Shown here piece after piece: positions 12,795-26,600 of a stretch of 64,000 nucleotides of DNA (the stretch's first letter is position 1; each line of letters begins with the position of its first letter). Position numbers and translations under genes: made by a program. Below the pieces are notes generated by a model that saw nothing but the letters and a program-made list of their open reading frames with translations, was not told the origin of the DNA and did no database searches. The DNA comes from Lytechinus pictus (taxonomy: Eukaryota): assembly GCF_037042905.1 (NCBI RefSeq), contig NC_087245.1, forward strand, positions 9,178,001 to 9,242,000. The letters are read 5' to 3'.

Positions 12795-13043
12795 AGCTTT
12801 CCGAATATTCCGCAAAATTTTTAGCGATATTGCTCTCCCGCTCGTTTCTCTTGGACTTGGCGTGTCAGTGTTACTGGTACTCAAATTCTAGCTAAAATGA
12901 GTGCAATATCAATTTCCGTTGCACGCCTGCTGCACAGCCATGCAGACTGCGCAAAAAAAGTTGAATGTCATGTGACGAATTTTGACCATTCACGAATACA
13001 GAGTTTTGTATAATAAATAAGACTGAACTTGTAACTTAGCAAT

Positions 13044-13400
13044 CTACTGACATAAATGAGCCAGGAACTTTCTCCTCAGTTCTGACACATCTGCATTTGC
13101 TATCATTCTGTCATGTAGCTGCAGCATGTGTTTTTCAGGATTCAGATTGGCAGCCTGTTGTGGTGCTTTCTTTTGGAAAGTTGGTTTTGTCAATAACAGT
13201 GCCAACATACTCTCTTGTTTCAGGCTTGTTCTATTATCTCTTGAACTCAATTTCAGTTGACTAAAGACTTCTCCACTGATGCACTTGAGGAAGGAGAGCA
13301 AAAAACAGTGTTATGACTTTGCACAGATTGGGGTATTCTTGGTTTCCTGTTAATGCATCTTTCAGTGAGAATACCCCTTTCCGGTATTCATGAGGTAGAA
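13044..13400 (-). pseudogene. hAT transposase C-terminal dimerisation-domain remnant
   Basis: EYPNLCKV..., then (frameshifted) EVFSQLKL...RTSLKQESMLALL, resembling the ERxFS...RxxL motif. Confidence 0.65.
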
Positions 13401-14241
13401 TGTTGGCATTCAAGGCTGGAGAAATCGAATGTATCATCAGCTTGTTGAACTGGGGCAACCTTCTAGGGGAAAAGTCATCCACATTGAAGTTGTGCAATTG
13501 AAATAAAGTCTTAAAGGATTATCTCACTTTGTCAGTACACAACTTGTCCTTGTTTCTCTCACTCAGACAGTATTTATTTTCAGACTGGTGCCTTTACTGA
13601 TCATATAGTTCTTTTATTCATTTTTCCAATTTTATGGCCTATGGCCAAGGCCACTCACACCAATGCAAATTTAATATGGTATACTACTGAACTATAAAGG
13701 TACATAAATGGTAATGGGCCTATAGCACATCATGGGGTTGAATTCTATATTAAGTATGGCAGTAGCTAGGAGTTAAGTTTTCCATGAGTCTAACAAAATA
13801 TGACACAAGCTAAAAAACTTTCATAGTAATTTTGATGTTATTGATTTCTCTTCCGATTGATAGATTGCATGAATCCATGAGCTACCTGTACAGTACATGT
13901 GCATAGATGTTTAGTCTGATGACTTTGACCAACATCCTGTGGAAATATGGGCAAACCAACCAAGACAAGACCACCCACAAAGGTAAATAAAGGCCTACTA
14001 GTAAAATCTATACTACTAAATACAATAGTTAAAGCAGGTGCCCAAAGGTTGCCTCTGCTCACCATAGGTGGGTCACCATGTGTAGGGATACAAGTAGTTT
14101 GTTACATGATTCACCAACTCTCATGTCAGATCGCGAAGCCTGGCATGCCATTGTTGATTCATTCTCGGATGCGTCCGATTTCTAGTGTAGTAGTGTACGG
14201 GCATTGTGTTTTGGGTCCTCTTGTTGTCAATCCCGTTCCAG

Positions 14242-14307
14242 TTAATCTCAGCAATAAGCTACATGTACCTTATGCTAAAGCTACCAGCAAGTTCTGCTGT
14301 TGCTCAG
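14242..14307 (+). CDS. DNA2: Possible upstream DNA2 exon (LISAISYMYLMLKLPASSAVAQ)
   Basis: ttccag acceptor, strong CAG|gtaagt donor at 14308, phase 0 matching the next exon; no homology support. Confidence 0.35.
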
Positions 14308-14590
14308 GTAAGTTTTGCAAAAGTCAAATTGACAATTTTTCTTTGGTATAATCGGCAAAACTGGGATAGGTTGCTCTAGTAATGCTGTTATACCCCTAAT
14401 GTACCTGTTTTAATCATGTTCTGTACATTTGAATATGATTTGTATGCTGGCCAAGCAGTGCTTACATTGGGAACTTAATAGTCACAATGATTTTTTTTTT
14501 CTGTACATAATTTCCATACTCATACTTTGTTATGGTATTCTTCTTATAGTTATTTATCTTTTGAATGGTTTCCTCTTTATTCAATTGTAG

Positions 14591-14647
14591 GGGAATGGTC
14601 AGTCTATGCATGGACACCAGTCTTCATTGGATAGCTTCTTCAAAAAG
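14591..14647 (+). CDS. DNA2: DNA2 exon ([22 protein letters not shown]-box-like)
   Basis: ttgtag|...AAG|gtaggg, 57 nt, phase 0-0; in-frame ATG at 14606 could be the start. Confidence 0.7.
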
Positions 14648-17600
14648 GTAGGGAAATGTGCTATTCATGCTTATAGCATTCAATTAATAAATATAATACA
14701 GAAAAAAGCACATGTAATTAGAATTGACTCAGTCTCCTGATGTCTACATGTATTCAATTTAGAGATGTATTTGAGGTGTTGATGTTATCTATTCATATTG
14801 ACTTTTTTTTTTTTTTTTTTTTTTTGGGGGGGGTTAGATTGAAAAAAAATATATAACATCCTTCATCGTCCAGTAGTTCTGATTCTCCCCTTTGAACAAA
14901 GGGTCATAGGTTCAAATCCCAGCCATGCAGAGTGTTACTGTCAATTATCAGTGAGACATTCAACCACATTGTCATGCACTCAACCCAGATAATGAATGGG
15001 TATCTGGCAGGATTCGAACAACTTTATGGGCTAACAGACATGCCAACAGTTCACTTTTTAGAGTATGTGTTCCTCTTTTTATGCCCCCGCAGATGAAGTC
15101 CGGAGGGGGCATTAAGCGTTGCCCCTGTCTGTCACACCAAAATGACACCAAAAGACAGGCTAAGTTCGAATTCAGAATCTGCAGGTCAAAGGTCACAGCT
15201 CATTAAATATGCGAGTTGGTTTCCGCATGAAAACTTAACAAAATATTCAACAGCTTTAAAAAAAATTGGTTGTGTAGGTAGATGACACCAAAAGACAGGC
15301 TAAGTTCGAATTCGGAGTCCGCAAGTCAAAGGTCACAGCTCATATATATGTGAGTTGGTTTCTGCATGATAACTTTGGAAATATTCACCAGATATTAAAC
15401 ATTTTTGGTGTCTGGGTAGATGACACCAAAATACAGTCAGGTCACATCAAATGACCTGACTGTTATATCTTCTGTCAGAGATTATTATGGAAAGGGCAAG
15501 TCTTTAGGTCAAAGGTCTTAATTTGTTCATTATATATATATATATATATGCATATAGAATTCTGCACGATATCAAGTTTATCATATTGAATGAATTTCTG
15601 ATCGCATTAAGCGGGGGCATCTGTGTCCTTTGGACACGTCAAGTTTCTAGTTTGCTATGAATACACCAATACTTTTTGGGTATGATTTTTTTTTTAAATT
15701 CCGATCATGGAGTATGTTTTATACACAGCGCGTGACACTAGTGCCAGTCCGACAGTCCCAGACCGGTAAAAATCACTGTCAGGCCAGTAACTTTTTGCAT
15801 GAAAAGAACAAGTAAATTCTTGCCTTCGAGCACATGTTTAAAAGGGTGAATTATCAAGTTTTCAAGTAGAGTCATTTCACATGTTTTGTCACTGATCTCA
15901 CTACAACAGGCTGGCGATTGTTACGTTGAGACAAATTTTTAAAATATTCTTTTTCTTAAAAAAATACTTTTTTTTCTTTTTAAGAATACTTTTTTGTTGT
16001 AGAAGGTTGGCAGCTCTGGGCTAATGCCAGGGTAACGATTATAATTTATTTGCCTGTGATTTTGAATAAGCAACTACCTAGAAAGCATGCTTAGAATATA
16101 CTGATCATTATTGTTATATTTTCTAGAAATCAGAGCTACCATCCCCTCTTTTTACTCAAGTTATATCGACTTCACAAAAAGGTAAGCGATGTTTACATGG
16201 AGAGGTTTGTGATAAATCCCATTTTCTCAAATTTCTTCAATTTTTATCAATGAATAGCAAAATAATTGGATGTACCTTTTTTCTATAAATTTGTTCTTCT
16301 GTTCTACTTGATAATGGGTCTGTTTTCTTTTTAATTAAAAACTTAAGTTAAAGGCAATCAATGATAGACTGTACATGTAGATTAGTATGATAAATTTGAC
16401 TTCCATGATGGCTGAAATATGAAGAAGAACATTCTTCTTCCTCTTCTTTAACCACCCCCCCCCCCCTTACTGTATTGCTTTTTTTATTCTAGCACTTGCA
16501 GTACCACCTAATCTTTATGATTTAATTTGAATGCAAAATGTAATGGTTTTTATTTGCCTTCGCTTATTCCTTTACTTTAATGCCCTTTTATCAGCCTGCC
16601 ATAAATTACAGTATCTAGGGACTGTTTTTAGGTATTCAAATTGTACCATTTGATTGGCTATAAAGCAACATTGCATGAGATTTTTGTCAATGAAGACAAA
16701 GAGATGAGAAATCAAACTTATTCTATAGATATGTGTTTACATGTTGGTGTGGGGATTATTGAAACAAAAATGTCTTTGTTAGCAAAATAATGATGCAGCG
16801 CATATTTGTTGTACAAAAATGTTGTACAATTTATGGCAACCTTACTCCAATGCAACCCACAACATGTATATTGGTGAGGCAAGATTTTTTCATTGTAGTA
16901 AGATTGAATGGTAATTGGGAATCACTAATTGAAAAAAAAAAAAAAAAAAAATAGGATCATCTGACTCTAAAGAGATTCTATTCTCCAGACTCCTACAAAA
17001 CCTGTACATGTCCTTGGACCTTTGTATCATGTATTTGTGTTTTATACCAAATATATAAATAAATACATCCATGCAATTCAGACAAACCACGGAAGTGGGA
17101 GGTTCCCTGGATGAACTGTATCTTGCCCAGTATGCACTTGTCATGTTTGAGTAAAACACCAACCACTGACCTTGTTTTTTTTTTCTTCCATGTTCATTGA
17201 ATCACTTGAATCTATCCTTCAAAATATTTCAAATTAAATCAAGAAGTATTTTGTTGTAGTTAATCATTTTGTACAAACAATGTGTTACTTTTAAAGCTTT
17301 TGATCTTTTTTTTTATTTCAATCTATGTAAATGGAATTTATTTTTAGTTGAATTGTTGCTTTTCATTCACTTACAAATATTTTAACTGCACCCTTAGAAA
17401 TGTATCATTATCATATTATGCACTTTAAAGACCTTTTACTTCTTGTAGGTTTTAAGAAGCAGAAAGACCCGAAATCCTCTATATGTAAGAAGCCTGCTCC
17501 TATTGCACCTGCCAAGGAATTCAAACGACAGCCTGCTTCATCACTGCCTATAATAGACCCACAAGATGTTCTAGGTGTGTTATGTTTGTAACTGATCAGG

Positions 17601-20600
17601 GAGAGAGAGAGACAACATGTTGATGTTTGGGATAAATATGAAAAGAAAGAATTGATTCCCTAAAGATACTTCATTTTCTCACTCTGCACTGCACTATGCT
17701 CATATGTACTGCATTACACTACACTACATTAGATAGATAGATAGATTAGATAGATAGATAGATAGTTTATTAATAAAAATCAAGACATCATCGCCGCTAA
17801 GGCCAAATTGCGATGTATTTACAGGGTAATAATGACACAAAAAATGTTCAAACAATAAAAAAAATAATTATAAAATCAATAATACGGATAAAGTATGGTA
17901 TTGAAACTACTTGTGTGAAATCCTAGAAAGGAATATTAACTGATAGTAAATTGTTTGTCTGGCAAATGACACGTGTGTATGCCATTGTAGTATTACACTA
18001 CACTACTGTATACAACATTAACCCTAAATAGACTGAGCTATTTTGACACCGAAGAAGACTGGGTGACTGAATCAGCTCCCCCCCCCCCCCTCTTATGATC
18101 TCGGCTGTCGATTGCTACGAAAAATTGGCACAAACGTCACCCATGGCATAATCTACGAAACTATAAGATCTAATTCTGTGAAAATCTCATTAATTAATTA
18201 TGCTGATTTATGCATAAAATCAAAAGTCTGCTCTAATTAACTAAATAATGCCCCTAAAATGTTCATGATTGGTTCACAGACTCTTTATAGGAATCTAATC
18301 AAATATCCTTTTTTTTTAATTAAACATCACATTTATTTTCTTATGTATTTTATTGTTTTCTAAATTTCTCTTGTATTTCCTTTCTTTTGGACTTTTTGTT
18401 TTTATTGTTTTTTTCAATGGAAATTGTTGGGAACTTTAATTTGACCATAAACAAGATGAAATTAATTGATTTTAATCAGTAAAAGGAAAAATAATGATAC
18501 ATTTATGAATTTTGGCTAAAAACGCTATTTGTACACGAATTCACGTTTTTGAGCAATTTTGGGTCTGCATGCACTTACGAAATGTTGCATAATTTTGGAT
18601 CCGCCCCTGGGGGACACGATTTTGGTCTCAAAAGTTGCGCAAGACTTGAAAGTAAAAAGTCAGTGAGCGAGGCGGTCAAAAAAATTGCACGGCGGATTTA
18701 TCGCGAAAAATGTTATGGTTAAACCTCACTACATGTATACTATGCTATAATGCTACAGTGTACACACTATGCTATCTCTTGTCTAGATAAAGTTAACCAC
18801 AACTATTGCTGTTATTTGGGATATTATTGAAGAAAAAAAATGGAGCCAAAACATGCATATTCTTTGCCATTTAAAAGGCTTGTGCAGTATTTTGTTTTTG
18901 TCTCTTGTTTTTTTTTTACTTTTGTGTGTTATTTTTTTTACTTGAATGAGCTCGTCTTATATTGTACATGTGTAAATACCCATTATTGGGTGTGCATGTA
19001 TATGCTTTTTAATAAAGGACAAGTCCACTCCAACAAAAAGTTGATATGAATAAAAAGAGAAAAATCCAACAAGCATAACACTGAAAATTTCATCAAAATC
19101 GGATGTAAAATAAAAAAGTTATGACATTTTAAAGTCTCGCTTAATTTCTCAAAACAGTTATATGCACATCCTGGTCTGTATGCAAATGAGGAGACTGATG
19201 ATGTCATCCACTGACTATTTCTTTTGTATTTTATTATATGAAATATTCTAATTTTCTCCTGATTGCCAAGTGAAACAACGATTAATTCCTCCCTGAACAT
19301 ATGGAATTAGCGTTGTTTAATACGATATGATTCAGTCAAGTTGGTCCGTGTTGTCAAATTTGTAAAAAATTAAATATTGTATAATTCAAACAATAAAAAA
19401 CAAAAGAAATAGTGAGTGAGTGACATCATCGACTATTGCATTTGCCTGTCACTCAGTTGTGCATATCACTGAATTGTGAAAAATAATTGAAACTTTAAAA
19501 TGTCATAACTCTCTTATTTTATGGCGTGGACTTGACCTTTAATCTCTAATGTCCATCTTAATAAAAGAGAAATATCAGACCCATTCAACCCATTATAAAT
19601 ACCGGTACTATCTTGGTTGATTTCCCTTCAATGAATAGGGATGAAAAGCCATAGAAATGTACTGAATTTGTTCAAATATAATGCATTCATTAGGTTTTGC
19701 TTTATCTGTTTTCTCCATTTTGACTTTACTGTTAACAGTTATACCAGCAACCCCAGAATCTGTACAGTCAAGTACAAAAGATTGCTTCCAGTCACCACCT
19801 GCTGTTAACAACCAAGATACAACTGATTCTCCTTTCTCACAAATCATCATTCCAGACACACCAGACAATGTTATTCCAAAGAAGAGGCCATTTACCAGTC
19901 TCCTCAATCACAGTAGGGATATCTCGGGAAGTACCTTCAAAGTAGATGATTTCAGCAGGAAGGACTCCTCAAACAAATCAAAATGTGGAAGAGACATTGA
20001 GAGAATCCCTTTACCTCTTCTCCAAGCCACCAATGCGGAACTGCCAAAGACAAAAGTGAATTTAAAAGGCTCTTTGGTAAAGAATGATAGAAAGATTGAT
20101 CAAAACTGCTCAAAAGGCAAAAAGGAACCAAGTGCTTCTGGAGAAGATAATATGATTGCTATTAGTGAAAGAGATAATAAAACAAAGCCATCTAACAAAC
20201 TGAGCAGGTTGTCAAGAAAAGGCAACAAGTTAGCAAAGGCTAGTAAAGAGGTTTTACCAAAACCAACTACTGGACTAGAAAATGAAGAATGTAAGGTAGA
20301 AGCAGTGGACGACCGATTGGAAGAACTTGAGGATCGTCATGTAAATAGGATTGAGATCAAACCAGCTGTGTGCAGGGTAAGGAACTCCTCAAAGAAGAAT
20401 ACATCAAAGCTGAGTCTATCAAGGAAAGTCCAGAAACAATTGCTGGATACAACTGTCAGAGCTGTCAAGAGATCACCTAGCAGAGGAAACTCCCCATATT
20501 CAAAGCGATTCCAGGATTCTGTATGCACCATCGACGACATGGATCATGACAGAAAAGACAGGGTTAAGAAATCTCTCCTTGAAGAGTATGGAGTTGACAG

Positions 20601-23600
20601 TCATCTTGCCAAAGAAGTGCTACCCTGTCCTCCAAAGGAAGAGCCAGAAGAGTTCATCTCAGTTATTCCAGATTCCTGCCCAACACAAATGGCAAGGGAG
20701 CAAGATGCATTGATCATTCCAGACACCTGCCCTATGGTGGAAGATACACCGGAAAAGAGCATTCCTAAGGTTTCAGGATCTCTGATCTCTGAGACAGTAA
20801 GTTTATCTGTAGAAAGCCCAAGTTTACAAGTTTCATCAACTCAGGAAAAAGAACACAAAGTGCAATATGATTCCTACACTGCCAGTAAAAATGATTTAAC
20901 TTCAGAACAACAGAGTGTTCTGCAGGAGAATATAGAGTGTGGAGTAAATAATGATGATGATGTCAGTTTAGGGGAATCATATTATAAACCTGCTCATTCC
21001 AGTGAAGCTACCAGTACAATGGCAGCAAAGATAAAGATACCCAAGAACCATGTTCAGACAGGACCTATAGATCATCTAGATGCCCATAAAATGGATAAAA
21101 CAGCATCCAAAGCTCTGGAAATAGACATCATGCAAGACAGTTCTGTAGCATTTGATTCCAAGGATTTCAGTACTCCAAATGAAACTCAAAGTGGAAAGAT
21201 TGATCATGGAACTAATATCAGCAGTCCAGGAACAGCTGCCCTCTTAGAAGGACTGGATGACTCATTCCTGGATGGCATCAATTTAGATGAATTGGATAAC
21301 ATGCAAGATGGCAAGGTCAGTGTTTTAACTCCTGGTTCATCAATATCCCATAAAATTGTGTGTTGAATTTTCTTCACAATTTCTTTGATAGACTACACAA
21401 GTTATTTCCATAAATAACAAAGAGCCTTATATAAATATAACATCATAGATTATAATTCAGAGCCTAGCACTGCATGAGAAGAGTGTACAAATATTCAATG
21501 CCAAAATGATTGTAAGGAAATAATTGTTACAATTGAATTGTGGGGGGGGGGTTTCAGTCCCGCCCCCCAGCCGCTCCGCTTCTGCAGCCCCTGAAAGATA
21601 CTTTTTCTTTAACTTCATTTATATCTGATTTACATGTATGTACATAAAAATGTAAATCAATAAATGCTAATTTTAGGCTTCAATGATTAATTGGATGATC
21701 CACTGGTGATACTTGTCTCAAGAGATAGTTTGACAACATTAACATAGAAATAGGTTCATGTCCACTATAATTTATCTTTAATTGATGCCTTCATTTTAAT
21801 TTTCTAGGTTGAAGGAAATGCGATTTCCAATATTGATAAAAAGTTTCGTGAGTTTTCACCATTTAAGATGAAACCTGGAGCAGACAGCAAGCTCAATCAA
21901 CCTCTTGTTGACCTTTGCCGATACGTTGTGACAGGTGTTCAGGACAACATCAAGTAAGGGCAGATGAAATGCAAATATCAGAACTTGTGCAACTAATCAT
22001 AAGGGAAGGAGAGGCAGCCCTTCAAATTTTTGGAAAAAAATAATTGAATGTTTTGGGCATGTCAACTCATATTGAATAATGATAATGTGCCAATTTGCTC
22101 TGACCAAGATTATATTTTTCATATATTTGATTTTGATCTACACAGATGTCTTATGTTGAGAATGAAGACCAGGGCTCTATAACACAAAGGTTTGAGATGA
22201 ATTGCAAATATAAAGGAACCGCACTGATTGGTTCACGGTAATTATATTAAATAGAGTGCACATACAAGGATGATCTTAATTGGTCATTCATATTTAACAA
22301 TTGATTGCAAACCTTTGTGTTGCAGAGCGCAGGTATTAAACTAAAACTAATAATTTATTTTGTAATCACAGGTACATGTACAGAATGACAATAATTCTTC
22401 TCCTTGTTCACTTTTAATGTAAAACAATTGCAATGTTGGGCCTGTAAAATTAGCAGTTAATACTTTCCCAATCTTCTACTTTACTGTACCAGTACATACA
22501 GAGATACGTTGCATTGTCTTTTTTTTTGTGTTATTGTTTGATAGTTAATTTATGTCAAGTGTTTACTTATCATTTTATTAAAACCAGTAATAAGAGGCTG
22601 AGTGTAAGGAGTATGTCAGACCAGAGTGATAAGTTCTGCATCCTCAAGGACACATGGTAAGATTATTGGATGGCTTGATAGAATTTAAACTGCCAACTCG
22701 TTTAAATTGAACTGACAGTTCGAATTTATATACTGAAATGTAGTATCAATCTTGAGATATAGTGACAATAGCTCTTTTGATATTTTTGTTTAAATCTTGG
22801 ATGTTTGTTTTAAAATTGCAGTTTGAATTCCCAGTTGCATGTGGTTTATAATGATGACCACATTGGTAAGATTATGCAAAGGGGAATGTGCACTACTATG
22901 TAATCTTCAATTAGATTACATGTTTGATTACACTACAATACTACATGTACACAGTAGTGCATCATTTTGTCATTGAATGAAAGTCATTACACATGGAAAT
23001 TATCTAGATCCAGTTCATCAGGGAAGGGAAATAGTGTAATGATGTCAATTGTATCCATTTATTGTGACTTGAGCCCCCCCCCCCCCTGCTCACACTTATA
23101 CAGATGTGCATCAATTATGCAAAGCCAAAGAAGCCAAATTATGTCCCACATCACTGCAGTTTAACAGTTCACTTGTGATGACAGTAGAATACCCAAATAT
23201 TCAGATCGAGCAATCCCATTTAAGATGTACTTGTAGGACTCGTTATGCTCTCATGGATTATCGGTTACCAATACTTTGTCAATGGTTATAGCACTTTATG
23301 CTATAAAGAGAATTGCATCGAGTACTCTTGATCAAATAAATATTGTTATTTTCATGAAAAATACTGTTGCAAATTGCAGAACCTGAGTGAGAGTGAAATA
23401 TTGATTGCTGTATATTCTTGCTTGTATCTCAGGCAAGACTCCCTTGTTGAAGAGGGTATGGTGATTGCTATCCATGGGACGTTTAGTGCTGATGGTATAT
23501 GTGAGCTCAACAATCAATCAGGCTATCTTATTATCAACCCTGATCATTTACTCACTGGAACAGCAGTGTCAAACAGCATCAGGTGTATGAGAAGGTGAGT

Positions 23601-26600
23601 GGCATGTGAAACCTGTTTTACAGGTGTTTGTAATACTTGGTAATTGGTAATAAGTTATAGAAAATTGCAAAAAGGCCAAGAATCATAGTGTTGTCACACC
23701 TGTTGCAGCGACCGGTATTTTATTTTGCTTTCCAACCTGAATGCCAAGAACTGAAAGCAATGTTAATACTTATATTTGGATGTCCATATTGGATCTCTGT
23801 CATGTACATTTTACAACTTGAACTCTTTATTCCTTCTTATAGCAATTTTCATTAAAATACAGTCACAGTCAATCACACAGTGTGATGTTTGATATTAATG
23901 CACACCTGGGCTCCGTAACACAAAGATTAGCGATCAATCGCTAAATGAACTGACCAATCAATATCAATGTTACACGCGCATTAGGTTTAAAATACTGACA
24001 AGGGACCAATCAGTCCGGTTCTTTCATATTTGCAGTTCATCGCAAACCTTTGTGTTACGGAGCCCTGGTGAGATTTCAGTTCAGGTGATGTATGTATTGG
24101 AAGAAAGGTTATATTATTTTAATGTCTTGGAGAAATAAACAGATTTTTAATTAGAAATCTAAGAAACTAATTTTTATGAATTCTTGAAACTCGGTGCACA
24201 TGACAACAATTACGTGACATATTCACTGCAAAATAATGAATTGACTGGTAATCATTTTTTTTTTCTTCTTTCTTTATTGCAGATCTGTCTTGAGTGAAAA
24301 TTTTAAGGTAAACCCTCCCGTTCTTCCATGATATATATGTCTGTGCATCAGGATAGCCGCTGGGCCATAAAATGAGAGAAATTATTTTTTGAAATGAGCA
24401 CCTTGACTGTGTTGTGCTTCATTTTTTTAGCATTAGTATTATATTTTGACATAGATCTAGTAACATATTGACATGCTACATGATGTACTGAGAGATTTTA
24501 TTTCAAATAAGTTTGTGGGGAACGGGGTTAATTGTATGAACACAAAATAAAGTTTTATCAAATTTGTACTGTATTTGCCATACCCTTAAAAAAAAATGAT
24601 ACCAAAGTCCTCAATTTTGAAGATGTGCAACTCCTAATACTCCTTATATGTATATCAATGTCACATTTCAAATCAGTACATTTGTAATATTGATATATTT
24701 GTGGTGACTGTTTTGATTGCTCAGGGACTGGAGAGAGGGAATCGTGCCATGCTTCTTGGGTCTCTGCTTCATGAAGTCTTTGATCAGGTAAGCTCCAACT
24801 CATCTTTTTCTTTATCTCTATTTGCTAAAAGATTCATGTCAATACTGTACTGTTCTTGTACATGCACATATTATTACTGTTTCAGCAGCAACTTAAGGGG
24901 TTTTTCATTACCCCCCCCAACATTTCCTTCTTCATTCTTAACTCTCTTGCTTTTTGCCTTATAGATTATAATAGGTAAATGTACATTTTCTTGCTACTGC
25001 ATGTATGTAACTTTTCAACAACATGTCAATATCTCTGTGTCATTCTTTTAATTGGGATTGGAAAAAAAAAACATACTTGAACTTGAACATAAATGTTATC
25101 AATTATCACCAGTCATATGAAGAGAAATTTATAGGTCTTGGGTTTAAGGTCGTAAGTCACTTAATGTTAATAAACTGACAAAAATTCATAGTTTTTCACA
25201 ATTAAAAAAGTTTAGGATTAAATCTTATGAAATGTATACCTGTGAGTCACCAGTGATCACACATCTTTTGATAGTTTCCAAGGCAAAGATTAGAGTCATT
25301 TGTGATCAATAAACTTAATACCTTATAATAACTTACAAATTTTACCATGATTTAGAAATTACATTTTTCATATTCAAATCATTTTTATGTTCCATGACAT
25401 ATATTTAGGTAGTTCTCAAGGTCAAAGGGCAATTCAGGTCACTAACCTTGGAGGCTCATTTAGACATGGCGTGGCAAGTTATTATTCTATCAAATTTTTC
25501 AGTCTTGAGTATTCAACTATTAAAATTTATTTTCTTTCATTTTATAGGCCATTTTGAAGAATCAGTTTCAAAAACCCCATCTAATGCAGATTGCCCGTGA
25601 TATACTCAAGCAGCCTGCATTCCTCTGTGACATGTGAGTATCTGTGTGCACATCACATCACTGCTTGGCAATGTGCTAACATTCATTTTGCAAGATATGT
25701 TTCCACCTGACTATAGCTGCTAGAGCCTAATATTATTATTAAATGTAAAGATTTGTCTCTTTAACAAAGTACTTTCAGATATGCACTTATAAACTATCAT
25801 TCATACACGTATCTTGATACCATGTTAAAGATCAGAATGAGCTTTGTATGCCTCTGCTTATTGAAGGTGATTGCCAGAGGCAGTTTGTCTTTGAGCTGTC
25901 CATCCGTCTCATTTTCAATTAGTGATAATAAGAGAACTGTTTTAGGAATCAATTGCAACTTAGTTTGTGTGTGGATATGGGAGGGACAATGATCTGATTA
26001 GATATGGGGGTCATGAGGTCAAAGGGCACAGAATTCATTGTATGCATTGTAATAATTTGTTCTTGCGATTACTTCTGAAGGTTGAATCGCCAACTTGGTT
26101 CATGTTTGCATACTGGAGAGTCGATGATCTTATTAGATTTTGGTCAAAATGTCAATAGTAAACACTCAATCAGGTCATATACTCAAAAATATCTGGTTCT
26201 CTTAATGACTGAAGTACCATTTGAGGGTTCAACTTCAAACTTATACATTTATGCATATCTGAAAGACGAAGTGATTGATCTTTGCTTTTGGTCCAAAAAC
26301 AGGTCACAGAAGTTTCAATTTGAAGATTTTAGAGAGTGGGTGTTTAATACATGTATATTCTTGATCTGGAAATGGCAGAGGCATAAATTTGATTGCATGC
26401 AGTCGAGAATCCATCTAGGGATAAAACCAATAACCTGAAATTAATTTGATTGACAGGTACTCATTGAAAGTAGATGAGGAAAACCTACTAGAGGAGGTGG
26501 AAGAATATGCTGATACTATTAAAAGATGGAGTGATTCCTATCTGGGATCAAAGCCTCGGGGCAATGTTGACATCAAATGGTAGGACTTTCCTTATATGAG

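Noticed and set aside
14880..14925. tRNA gene
   Set aside because: Only a B-box-like motif and no cloverleaf; better explained as a SINE head.
19681..21366. 561-aa ORF as a stand-alone secreted protein
   Set aside because: The hydrophobic start is the translated intron pyrimidine tract; splice phases link 19739-21315 into DNA2.
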